A stretch of 64,000 nucleotides of DNA from Candidatus Rokuibacteriota bacterium (GTDB lineage Bacteria; Methylomirabilota; Methylomirabilia; Rokubacteriales; CSP1-6). The number at the start of each line of letters is the position of its first letter. Position 1 is the first letter of the stretch. A program made the position numbers and the translations under genes. Below the pieces are notes generated by a model. It worked only from the letters and a program-made list of their open reading frames with translations. It had not been told where the DNA came from and searched no databases. Of the stretch, positions 1 through 7,911 are shown piece by piece. The stretch lies in the NCBI GenBank assembly GCA_005887895.1, contig VBPC01000157.1, positions 69,075 through 133,074 of the forward strand, read 5' to 3'.

Positions 1-1
1 C

Positions 2-457
2 GGCACCAAGCGCGATCCGGCCCCCCTGGCGCACGTCGAGCGCGTCTGGCCACCCGGCGAGACGGATCGCGTCCTGGCCGAGGCCGATTATGTCCTGCTG
101 CTCCTGCCGTCGACCGGCGAAACGCGCGGCATCATGAACGAGGCGGCGTTCGCTCGCATGAAGCCGGGCGCCTTCCTGCTCAACTTCGGACGTGGCGATC
201 TCGTGGCGGACGGCGACCTGGTTGCCGCGGTGCGGGAGCGGCGCATCGCCGGAGCGGTGCTGGACGTCTTCACGGCCGAGCCGCTGTCGAGCGACCACCC
301 GTTCTGGACGACGCCGGGGATCGTCGTGCTCCCGCACGTCGGCGGTCTCCATCCGCGACGCGACGCGCTGGTGGCCGAGCTGTGGGGGGAGAACCTCGCG
401 CGCTTCGTGGCAGGTCGTCCGTTGCTGCAGGTCGTCGACCGCGCCCGCGGCTACTGA
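2..457 (+). CDS. D-isomer-specific 2-hydroxyacid dehydrogenase family protein, C-terminal part (5' end outside window)
   Basis: The frame is open from the window edge. It carries C-terminal NAD-binding/catalytic motifs of the family: MKPGAFLLNFGRGDLV, AGAVLDVFTAEPL and VLPHVGG. The stop is TGA at 455-457. Confidence 0.8.
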   Translation, partial: GTKRDPAPLAHVERVWPPGETDRVLAEADYVLLLLPSTGETRGIMNEAAFARMKPGAFLLNFGRGDLVADGDLVAAVRERRIAGAVLDVFTAEPLSSDHPFWTTPGIVVLPHVGGLHPRRDALVAELWGENLARFVAGRPLLQVVDRARGY

Positions 458-493
458 GCTGACGCGCGGCGTGGGCCCTTCGGCGGTTCGCCG

Positions 494-634
494 CTAGCGG
501 GCCAGCGTCACGATCTTCGGTTCGTCCGGATTCGGGGACGTGGTCGGATGGCTCCAGCCCTCCTTGGACGCACAACCGGACATCGAGAACATGACGGCGG
601 CGACGAGAAGGAGCCACCAGCGTAGGTTGGCCAT
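494..634 (-). CDS. small putative lipoprotein (46 aa)
   Basis: This uses an internal ATG of the 145-aa track ORF. The product MANLRWWLLLVAAVMFSMSGC has a signal peptide plus a lipobox (SG|C). The ORF is short, so the call is tentative. Confidence 0.4.
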   Translation of the reverse strand: MANLRWWLLLVAAVMFSMSGCASKEGWSHPTTSPNPDEPKIVTLAR

Positions 635-805
635 GACCTGTCCCTGAGCCTCACACGAGCGCCGATCCGAAGTGGATCGGCCTGCGGAGGTGCAAGCCCG
701 AGACCAAGCCCGGATCGCGGTCAACTGCGCGTAACGCTTCGACGTCGCTTCGGCGACGACGCCCGGCGGTGCCATGCTGGCGTCGGCCCTGTTACAGTTC
801 TGGCC

Positions 806-1306
806 ATGACGCCCTCTCGCGGCCCGGCGCTGTCCCCTGCCCTCGTCGAGCGGCTCAGCCAGAAGCACTTGGACCGCCGGCTCGGGGTCGGGCTGCCGTT
901 CGTCACGGTGGACCCCGAGGGCCGGCCCCACCCGATGCTGGCGTCGTACCTGGAGCTACGGGCGTACGACTCGCGGAGCCTGGGACTGGTCATCCAGGCG
1001 CACAGCCGCAGCGCGCGCAACCTGGCCGAGCGACAGGTCGGAACGCTGATCCTCGTGGAGCCGGACGTCATCGTCTACGTGAAGCTGCGGACGGTCGACG
1101 GGCCCCTGCCCGTCGAGGGCGGCGAGCCGTTCGGTCTTGGCTACTTCCTGCTGGAGGTCGTCGAGACCCGGGCGGACGCGGCGACGAGCTGGGAGGCCGG
1201 CATGCGCATCACCGAGCCGATCCGCTACGCGCCACCGCCCACCCTGAGCGAGCCGTGGGCCCGGGCGACGCTGGCCGCGCTGGCGACCCCGCGCGCGCGG
1301 GCCTGA
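806..1306 (+). CDS. hypothetical protein, possibly PNPOx-like FMN-binding split-barrel family
   Basis: GC3-rich 166-aa ORF. A -10-like TACAGT box lies 7 nt upstream of the ATG. Resemblance to pyridoxamine-5'-phosphate-oxidase-like proteins is weak, so the family call is tentative. Confidence 0.5.
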   Translation: MTPSRGPALSPALVERLSQKHLDRRLGVGLPFVTVDPEGRPHPMLASYLELRAYDSRSLGLVIQAHSRSARNLAERQVGTLILVEPDVIVYVKLRTVDGPLPVEGGEPFGLGYFLLEVVETRADAATSWEAGMRITEPIRYAPPPTLSEPWARATLAALATPRARA

Positions 1307-1308
1307 GA

Positions 1309-2289
1309 CTACCTCGGGGAGGGCTTCTCCTCGCGCTCCTTGTAGCGGCCGATCGTCACTTCGACTTCTTTCTTCTCACCCCCGCGCAGCAGCATCACGC
1401 GCACGCGGGTACCGATCGGCGTCGTCGACACCACGCGCTGCAGATCGCGCGGCGCATCGAGCGGCGTGCCGTCGAGGGCGATCAGGACGTCGTCGGGCTT
1501 CAGGCCGCCGCGGTCGGCCGGCTCGCCCGGCATGACGCCGCGGACGAGCACGCCCTTGGCCTCGGCGAGCTTGAGCCGGTCCACGTCGTCGTCGCCGATC
1601 TCGGCGATCGACACGCCCAGCCAGCCCCACTCCACCTTGCCTTTCGTCGCCAGCTGCGGGACGAGGAGCTTGACCAGGTTGGCCGGGATGGCGAAGCCGA
1701 TGGACCCGTTGCGCGCGGCCATGCTGTTCACCCCGACGACCTGGCCGGCCATGTTCACCAGCGGTCCGCCGGACTTGTCGAGGCCGAACGGATGACCGAT
1801 CGCCATCACGAACTCGCCGACGCGCAGCCGGTTGGAGTCGCCGAGCGGCAGCGTGGGCAGGTTCGCGGCGCCATCGATGCGGACGAGGGCCAGGTCCACG
1901 CGGCTGTCCTGACCGATGACCTTGCCGTTGAACCGGCGGCCGTCGGCCAGCCGCACCTGCAGCCAGTTGGCGTCCTCGACGACGTGCGCGTTGGTGACGA
2001 TGAGGCCGCTCGGCTCGATGACGAAGCCGGAGCCGCTGCTGCGGCGCGGCTCGGACTCGTCGTCCTTGTCCTTGCCAGCGGCTCGCCGCACGCGGATGTG
2101 GACCAGCGCCGGCTTGAGCTGCTCGGCCAGATCGGCCAGGAGCTGGTTGAAGCGCACCAGCTCGGGCGCCGGCGTGACCGCGGCGTCCTCCCGCCAGTAC
2201 TTCGCCTCGTCGGCGGCAAGCGGAACGGTGACGGACGCCAGCAGCGCGGCGACCAGCGTCAGGACCAGCGGCAGCGAACGACGCGCCAT
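1309..2289 (-). CDS. HtrA/DegP-family serine protease-like protein with one PDZ domain (core segment missing)
   Basis: The internal start MARRSLPLVLTLVAALLASV (signal peptide) is preceded by an AAGGAGG RBS. It has the His (VTNAHVV), Asp (VDLALVRI) and Ser (SGGPLVN) motifs and a PDZ domain (GVLVRGVMPGEPADRGGLKPDDVLIALDG). About 30 residues expected between PFGL and SGGPL are absent. Confidence 0.75.
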   Translation of the reverse strand: MARRSLPLVLTLVAALLASVTVPLAADEAKYWREDAAVTPAPELVRFNQLLADLAEQLKPALVHIRVRRAAGKDKDDESEPRRSSGSGFVIEPSGLIVTNAHVVEDANWLQVRLADGRRFNGKVIGQDSRVDLALVRIDGAANLPTLPLGDSNRLRVGEFVMAIGHPFGLDKSGGPLVNMAGQVVGVNSMAARNGSIGFAIPANLVKLLVPQLATKGKVEWGWLGVSIAEIGDDDVDRLKLAEAKGVLVRGVMPGEPADRGGLKPDDVLIALDGTPLDAPRDLQRVVSTTPIGTRVRVMLLRGGEKKEVEVTIGRYKEREEKPSPR

Positions 2290-2384
2290 AGCGAACCTCC
2301 TTGATGCGGCAAGCGCTCCCCAGTATAGCGCGGCGCCCGAGCCGCCCCTACGAGCTACGCCGTCCATGGCCGCGCCGCCTTGTA

Positions 2385-2509
2385 CGGAGCGACGAGAACG
2401 GTGCAGAGGCGAGGCGGTGAGGGAAGGCCCGACCGAGGCGTATGCCGCCTACGCCGCAGGAAGGGCCGACCGAGCCAACGAAGCAGATGCGCCGGTTCTC
2501 GTCGCTCCG
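2385..2509. repeat. 125-nt structured intergenic element: 15-bp long-range inverted repeat enclosing two 18-nt direct repeats and a central hairpin
   Basis: CGGAGCGACGAGAAC (2385-2399) pairs with GTTCTCGTCGCTCCG (2495-2509). The direct repeats are GGAAGGCCCGACCGAGGC (2422-2439) and GGAAGGGCCGACCGAGCC (2459-2476). The central hairpin GGCGTA-N7-TACGCC spans 2437-2455. Confidence 0.6.
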
Positions 2510-2514
2510 CGCGG

Positions 2515-3039
2515 TCAGCGGCTGACTTCGCGGACGAGGTGGCCCAGCTCCGGGAGGAGCAGCTTGTCGAGGGCGAGCCGGCAGGCGTTGGGCGAGCCCG
2601 GGAGCGACACGACGACCCGGCGGGCGTGGATGCCCATCTGCGCGCGCGAAAGCATCGCGGCGGCTCCGACCTCCTGATAGGAGAGCACGCGGAAGAGCTC
2701 GCCAAAGCCCGGCAGGCGCTTGTCGAGCAGCGCCGTCACCGCCTCGAACGTCGAGTCGCGCGACGTGATGCCGGTGCCGCCGGTGAGGATGACGACCTGC
2801 ACGCGGCCGTCCCCGCACGCCTCCTTCACGACGCGCGCGACGTCGGCCGGCTCGTCGCGGACGATCGTCGAGCCGACGACGCTGTGGCCGGCGCCGGTCA
2901 GGCGGTCGCGGATCAGCGCTCCGCTGGTGTCGGTGTCCGGCGTCTTGGTGTCGGACACGGTGAGCACGAAGCAGCCGACCGCCTTCGGCGCGCTCGCCTT
3001 GTGCTCGCGTGGCGTGGCGGCGGCGTCGCGCTCAGGCAT
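2515..3039 (-). CDS. moaB: molybdenum cofactor biosynthesis protein B (MoaB/Mog fold)
   Basis: Motifs VLTVSDT..DTSG, ILTGGTGITSRD and SLPGSPNA are present. The ATG overlaps the glcF stop by 8 nt. Confidence 0.8.
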   Translation of the reverse strand: MPERDAAATPREHKASAPKAVGCFVLTVSDTKTPDTDTSGALIRDRLTGAGHSVVGSTIVRDEPADVARVVKEACGDGRVQVVILTGGTGITSRDSTFEAVTALLDKRLPGFGELFRVLSYQEVGAAAMLSRAQMGIHARRVVVSLPGSPNACRLALDKLLLPELGHLVREVSR

Positions 3040-4360
3040 GTCGGTAGGCTCGGTCGAGCACTTCTACGAGGTGCAGCACCGGGACCCTCAGGCTGCGGGC
3101 TCGGAGACCGGCCTCGATCTGCAGGATGCAGCCCGGATTCGCGGTGACGACCGCCTCGGCCCGCGTCGCCTCGATGTTGCGCACCTTGCGTCGCAGTAGT
3201 CGGCCGGCCATCTCGGGCTGCGTGAGGTTGTAGATGCCGGCCGAGCCGCAGCACCAGTCGGATTCCGGCAGGTCCACGACGCGCAGCCCCGGCACCTGGG
3301 CCAGGAGGTGGCGCGGCTGGCGGCGAATTTTCTGGCCATGCACGACGTGACAGGGGTCGTGATACGTCACGGTCATCGGCACCGGGGCCAGCGGGCCTCG
3401 CAGCGGCTCGCGCGCCAGGAACTCCGCGACGTCCTGCACCGTGCCCGCGAAGCGGCTCGCCCGCTCCGCCCAGGCCGGCTCGCCGGCCAGCAGCGCGCCG
3501 TAGCCCTTCATGTGAGCACCGCAGCCCGACGTGTTGACGATCACCGCGTCGGCGCCGGTCGCCTCGAACGTCTCGATCGTGCGCTTCGCCATCTCGATCG
3601 CGCGGGCGTGATCGCCGCCGTGGGCGTTGAGCGCGCCGCAGCACCCCTGGCCGGCCGGCGCCAGCACGTCGCAGCCGTTCCGGGCCAGGACGCGCGCCGT
3701 CGCCTGGTTGTGGGCGCCGAACACGATGGACTGCACGCATCCCGTCAGCAGGGCCACGCGCGAGCGACGGGGACCGAGCGCCGGGGTGAGGGGCGGCAGT
3801 GGTGCGCGATCGGCGGCCGGCGGAAGCGAGGGCAGCAGCGCCTCCCATGCCGGCAGCGTCCCCGGCAACAGTCGGGCGATGCCGGAGCGCCGCACGAGGG
3901 CCTGCAGGCCGCTCGCCTGATAGAGCCGGAGCCCGACGGCGGCGGCGCGCAGCGCACGCGGACGTCCGAGGAGCAAGCCGAAATTCAACCAGCGAAACGC
4001 ACGCCGCACGGCGCCGCCCGGGCGCTGGCGCTCGATCTCCGCCCGGGCGGCCTCGATCAGCCGGCCGTAGGGGACGCCCGCCGGGCATACGGTCTCGCAG
4101 GCGCGGCAGTCGAGGCAGAGATCGAGGTGCGCGACGGTGGAGTCGGTGAGCCCGATGCGTCCCTCGGCCAGCGACTTGATGAGAAAGATGCGGCCGCGCG
4201 GCGAGTCCATCTCGGTGCCGAGCTCCGAGAACGTCGGGCAGGAGGCCAGGCACAGCCCGCAGTGCACGCACTGGTTCACGCCTTCGACGCTGAGCCCGTG
4301 CAGCGCGAGCGGAGCCGGCGACGTCGCCGGCGGACCGGGTATCACGGGGGCCATGGTCAT
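3032..4360 (-). CDS. glcF: glycolate oxidase iron-sulfur subunit
   Basis: It has two ferredoxin-type clusters (CVHCGLCLASCP and CLDCRACETVCP) and CCG-domain motifs (QGCCGALNAHGG and DWCCGSAGIYN). I took the start at MTMAPVIPG; the longer 815-aa track ORF runs out of frame over glcE. Confidence 0.85.
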   Translation of the reverse strand: MTMAPVIPGPPATSPAPLALHGLSVEGVNQCVHCGLCLASCPTFSELGTEMDSPRGRIFLIKSLAEGRIGLTDSTVAHLDLCLDCRACETVCPAGVPYGRLIEAARAEIERQRPGGAVRRAFRWLNFGLLLGRPRALRAAAVGLRLYQASGLQALVRRSGIARLLPGTLPAWEALLPSLPPAADRAPLPPLTPALGPRRSRVALLTGCVQSIVFGAHNQATARVLARNGCDVLAPAGQGCCGALNAHGGDHARAIEMAKRTIETFEATGADAVIVNTSGCGAHMKGYGALLAGEPAWAERASRFAGTVQDVAEFLAREPLRGPLAPVPMTVTYHDPCHVVHGQKIRRQPRHLLAQVPGLRVVDLPESDWCCGSAGIYNLTQPEMAGRLLRRKVRNIEATRAEAVVTANPGCILQIEAGLRARSLRVPVLHLVEVLDRAYRHA

Positions 4361-5661
4361 CAGATTCCGGCCACGAACCGGCCGGGGTTGAGCACGTTGT
4401 TCGGATCGAGTCGCGCCTTGATGCGCTGCATGACGCGGCCGGCGGGGCCCGCGTCGTCCCAGACCGGGACCAGCGCCTTCACCGCCAGCGGCGCCCACGC
4501 CAGCGCCGCGTGACCGCCGCCGGCGCGCGCGATCGCGCGCCACTCGGCGAGCACGGCCGCCACCGTCGTCGCTTCGCGATCCGCCGCCAGCGCCCCGGTC
4601 ACGGCGCCGACGCCGGCGTGGGCCGACCACGCGCTGCCGACGCCGCGTTGCCGCGCCGCCGCCGCGCCCTGCTCCATCGCGTCGGCCACCAGCGTCGGCA
4701 GCACGCTGAAGGTCATCACTGCGGCCGGGGACGCGAGAGCGTCGCGCGCGAGCGAGGCCAGCCGCGGCCACGTCGCCGGCGCCAGCACGGTGACGTCGCG
4801 ACCGCCGAGCGGCGCCACCAGCATCGCCAGCTCGCGCGCCTGCGCGTCGACCTGCTCGGGCAGCCCGTCGAAGCCGACGAGCAGCGCCGCCGCGCCGAGG
4901 CCCAGCGACGCGCCGGCCGCGGCATCGACGATCTCCACCGCGTTGGGGAGGAGATCGCTGGCCAGCAGCGCGCGCACGGCGGCGCCGCAGTCCTTGAGGC
5001 GATCGAACGTGACGGCCAGGAGGCGCTCCTCCTCGGCGAGCGGGCGCAGCTTGAAGGTCGCCTCGACGACGATGCCGAGGGTGCCATAGGCGCCGACGAA
5101 GAGCTTCGGCAGATCGTAGCCCGCCACGTTCTTCACGACCTTGCCGCCCCCGCGCACGATCGCGCCGTCGGCGGTCACGACGGTGAGGCCGATGAGGAGG
5201 TCGCGCACGGTGCCGTAGAGGTGCCGGCGCGGGCCCGAGGCGTCGGCGGCGATGACGCCGCCGACGGTCGCCCGATCGCCATCGGGCGGGTCGAGCGAGA
5301 GCCACTGGCCCCGGGCGCGCAGCGCCGACTGCAGCGCGTCGAACGTCATGCCGGCCTCGACGGTCGCCGTCAGGTCGCCCGGCTCGTGCTCGACGAGACG
5401 ATCGAGCCGCTTGAGTCCGAGCACGAGCCCGGCCCGCGCCGACGTCGCACCGACGGCGGCCGCGGTGCCGCCGCCCCACGGCATGATCGGCAGCCCCGCC
5501 GCGGCAGCCTGCTGCACGACGGCGGCGACGTCCTCGCTGGAGCCGGGGAACACCGCCACCTCGGGCGTACGGCCTTCGATGACGAACGGCGAGAGGTCGA
5601 CGCCGGTGAGGACGTTGGCGGGGCCGAGGGCCGCGCGCAGCTTCTCGAGCAGGGGTGACAA
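4360..5661 (-). CDS. glcE: glycolate oxidase FAD-binding subunit
   Basis: PCMH-type FAD-binding N-terminus (VFPGSSEDVAAVVQQAAAAGLPIMPWGGGT). The gene sits between glcD and glcF. It has a TTG start, and its stop overlaps the glcF start by 1 nt (TGATG). Confidence 0.8.
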   Translation of the reverse strand: MSPLLEKLRAALGPANVLTGVDLSPFVIEGRTPEVAVFPGSSEDVAAVVQQAAAAGLPIMPWGGGTAAAVGATSARAGLVLGLKRLDRLVEHEPGDLTATVEAGMTFDALQSALRARGQWLSLDPPDGDRATVGGVIAADASGPRRHLYGTVRDLLIGLTVVTADGAIVRGGGKVVKNVAGYDLPKLFVGAYGTLGIVVEATFKLRPLAEEERLLAVTFDRLKDCGAAVRALLASDLLPNAVEIVDAAAGASLGLGAAALLVGFDGLPEQVDAQARELAMLVAPLGGRDVTVLAPATWPRLASLARDALASPAAVMTFSVLPTLVADAMEQGAAAARQRGVGSAWSAHAGVGAVTGALAADREATTVAAVLAEWRAIARAGGGHAALAWAPLAVKALVPVWDDAGPAGRVMQRIKARLDPNNVLNPGRFVAGI

Positions 5662-5677
5662 CGCCCGTCCGCCCGGC

Positions 5678-7153
5678 TCAGAAGCGCTGGGCGAGGCCCC
5701 GCTCTTCGATCGCGTGCGGCCGATAGGCCACCGGCCCGGCCTCGACGCACGACTTCTTCGTGGGGAACACCTTGCCCGGGTTGCAGAGACCGGTCGGGTT
5801 GAACGCGGCCTTGAGGCTCTGCATGAAGGCCAGGTCGGCGGCCGAGAAGATGAACGGCATGAAGTCGGATTTCTCGAGGCCGATCCCGTGCTCGCCGGAG
5901 ATGGACCCGCCGACCTCCGCGCAGACCTTCATGATCTCGGCGCCGGCCGCGACGACGCGCGCCTCTTCGCCGGGCTTGCGGGGGTCGTAGAGGATGTTCG
6001 GGTGCAGGTTGCCGTCGCCGGCGTGGAACACGTTGCCGACCCGCAGCCCATGCGCGGCCACGATCTCGTTCACGCGCCCCAGCACGTACGGCAGCTTCGT
6101 GCGCGGGATGACGCCGTCCATCACCATGTAGGCGGGCGACACGCGGCCGTAGGCGCCGAAGGCGGACTTGCGTCCCTTCCACAGGAGCTGGCGCTCCGCC
6201 TCGTCGGCGGCGGTCCGCACCTCACGGGCACCGGACTCGCGGCAGGCGGCGACGATACGCTCGGCCTGCGCCTCCATGCCGGCGCGGAGCCCGTCCAGCT
6301 CGATCAGGAGCGCGGCGGCGGCGTCGCGCGGATAGCCGCAGCCGAAGGCGTCCTCGACGGCCTGGATCGTCAGCTGATCGATCATCTCGACGGCGGCCGG
6401 CACCAGCCCCCGCGCGATGATCGCCGAGACGGCCGCCGATGCCTGATCGATCTGGTCAAACACGGCCAGCACCGTCTTCACGGCCTGCGGCTTCTTGAGG
6501 ATGCGCACCGCGATCTTCGTCGCGATTCCGAACGTGCCTTCGGAACCGACGAACACGCCGGCCAGGTCGTAGCCGAGCGCGTCGCGCGTCTTGCCGCCGA
6601 GCCAGACGAGCTCGCCGTCGGGCAGCACGACCTCGAGCCCGAGCACGTGGTTCACCGTGACCCCGTACTTGAGGGTGTGCGGGCCGCCCGAGTTGTTGGC
6701 GATGTTGCCGCCGATCGTGCAGGCCTGCTGGCTCGAGGGGTCCGGCGCGTAGTAGAAGCCGCGCGGGCCGACGGCCCACGACAGGTGCAGGTTCACGAGG
6801 CCCGGTTCGACGACGGCCACCTGGTTGTCGTAGTCGACCTCGAGGACGCGGTTCATCCGCATCATCGAGATCACCAGTCCGCCCTCGGCCGGCAGGCAGC
6901 CGCCCGACAGTCCCGTGCCGGCCCCGCGCGCCACGAACGGCAACGCTTCGCGGTTCGCCAGCCGCACGACGGCGGCGACGTGCTCGGCGCAGGTCGGGAA
7001 CACCACGAAATCGGCGAGCGCGCGGAAGAGGGTGAGACCGTCCGACTCGTACACCAGGAGCTCGTCGGGGTCGGAGAGCACGCCGTCCCGACCGACGATG
7101 CTTTCGAGCTCCCGCCGGAGGGCGGACTTTCGGTCGACGGCCAGGGTCGCCAT
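5678..7153 (-). CDS. glcD: glycolate oxidase subunit GlcD (FAD-linked oxidase)
   Basis: Contains VVFPTCAEHVAAVVRLANREALPFVARGAGTGLSGG and the C-terminal GEHGIGLEK motif. It is 491 aa, and a GGAG lies upstream of the ATG. Confidence 0.9.
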   Translation of the reverse strand: MATLAVDRKSALRRELESIVGRDGVLSDPDELLVYESDGLTLFRALADFVVFPTCAEHVAAVVRLANREALPFVARGAGTGLSGGCLPAEGGLVISMMRMNRVLEVDYDNQVAVVEPGLVNLHLSWAVGPRGFYYAPDPSSQQACTIGGNIANNSGGPHTLKYGVTVNHVLGLEVVLPDGELVWLGGKTRDALGYDLAGVFVGSEGTFGIATKIAVRILKKPQAVKTVLAVFDQIDQASAAVSAIIARGLVPAAVEMIDQLTIQAVEDAFGCGYPRDAAAALLIELDGLRAGMEAQAERIVAACRESGAREVRTAADEAERQLLWKGRKSAFGAYGRVSPAYMVMDGVIPRTKLPYVLGRVNEIVAAHGLRVGNVFHAGDGNLHPNILYDPRKPGEEARVVAAGAEIMKVCAEVGGSISGEHGIGLEKSDFMPFIFSAADLAFMQSLKAAFNPTGLCNPGKVFPTKKSCVEAGPVAYRPHAIEERGLAQRF

Positions 7154-7198
7154 GGATGGTCGAAGTATACTCCGTTCGCCGCCGACGCCGCCGCGCCC

Positions 7199-7894
7199 TC
7201 AGCCGAGGACGGCGCGGACGCGTACGAGGTCGGCCACGAAGCGGTCGAACTCGCGGTGGCGGGCCTCGTCGTCGGGCGCGCGCAGGATCGCCGAGGGGTG
7301 CACGGTGGCCAGCACGCGTTCCGCCAACGGCGCTCGCACCCATTGCCCACGCTGCTTGGTCACCCGGAACCGTGGGCCCAGCAGCGCCTGCGCCGCCGTC
7401 GCGCCGAGGCATACCACGGCGTCGGGCTCGACGACCTCCAGCTCGGCCTCCAGCCACGGCAGGCAGGCGGCGATCTCCATCTGATTCGGCTTGGCGTGGA
7501 TGCGTCGCTTGCCGCGCGGCTCCCACTTGAAGTGCTTCACCACGTTCGTGACGTACACGTCCTCGCGGGCGATCGAGGCCGCCGCCAGCGCACGATCGAG
7601 CAGGCGCCCGGCCGGGCCGACGAACGGATGGCCGGCGAGATCTTCCTCGTGGCCGGGCTGCTCGCCGATCATCATGACCCGCGGCCGCGGACTTCCCTCG
7701 CCGAATACCGTCTGCGTCCCGCGCCTGTACAGGTCGCAGCCACGGCACCCGGCGGCCGCCGCCCGGAGGGCCGGCAGCGTCTTTCGCGCCGGCAGGAAAT
7801 CGGCGGCGGACCCGGGCGTGTGCACGCGCCTGGCCATGCGACCCGCCGATGCATGGCTGGGGCCGTTGAGATCGCGGCGCCCGGCGCCCTCCAT
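7199..7894 (-). CDS. uracil-DNA glycosylase, family 4
   Basis: Motifs CRGCDLY, MMIGEQPGHEEDLAGHPFVGPAG and TVHPSAILR. An alternative ATG lies at 7837. Confidence 0.8.
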   Translation of the reverse strand: MEGAGRRDLNGPSHASAGRMARRVHTPGSAADFLPARKTLPALRAAAAGCRGCDLYRRGTQTVFGEGSPRPRVMMIGEQPGHEEDLAGHPFVGPAGRLLDRALAAASIAREDVYVTNVVKHFKWEPRGKRRIHAKPNQMEIAACLPWLEAELEVVEPDAVVCLGATAAQALLGPRFRVTKQRGQWVRAPLAERVLATVHPSAILRAPDDEARHREFDRFVADLVRVRAVLG

Positions 7895-7911
7895 CGGCGC
7901 TCGGGAGCGCG

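Noticed and set aside
2385-2509. Interpretation of the nested inverted-repeat element as a MITE.
   Set aside because: It has no target-site duplication at its ends and no second copy in the 64 kb. I keep it as an unexplained structured element instead.
3032-5479. An 815-aa ORF suggesting a fused GlcE-GlcF protein.
   Set aside because: Only the C-terminal 442 aa (from MTMAPVIPG at 4360) look like GlcF. The upstream part overlaps the genuine glcE frame and is low-complexity.
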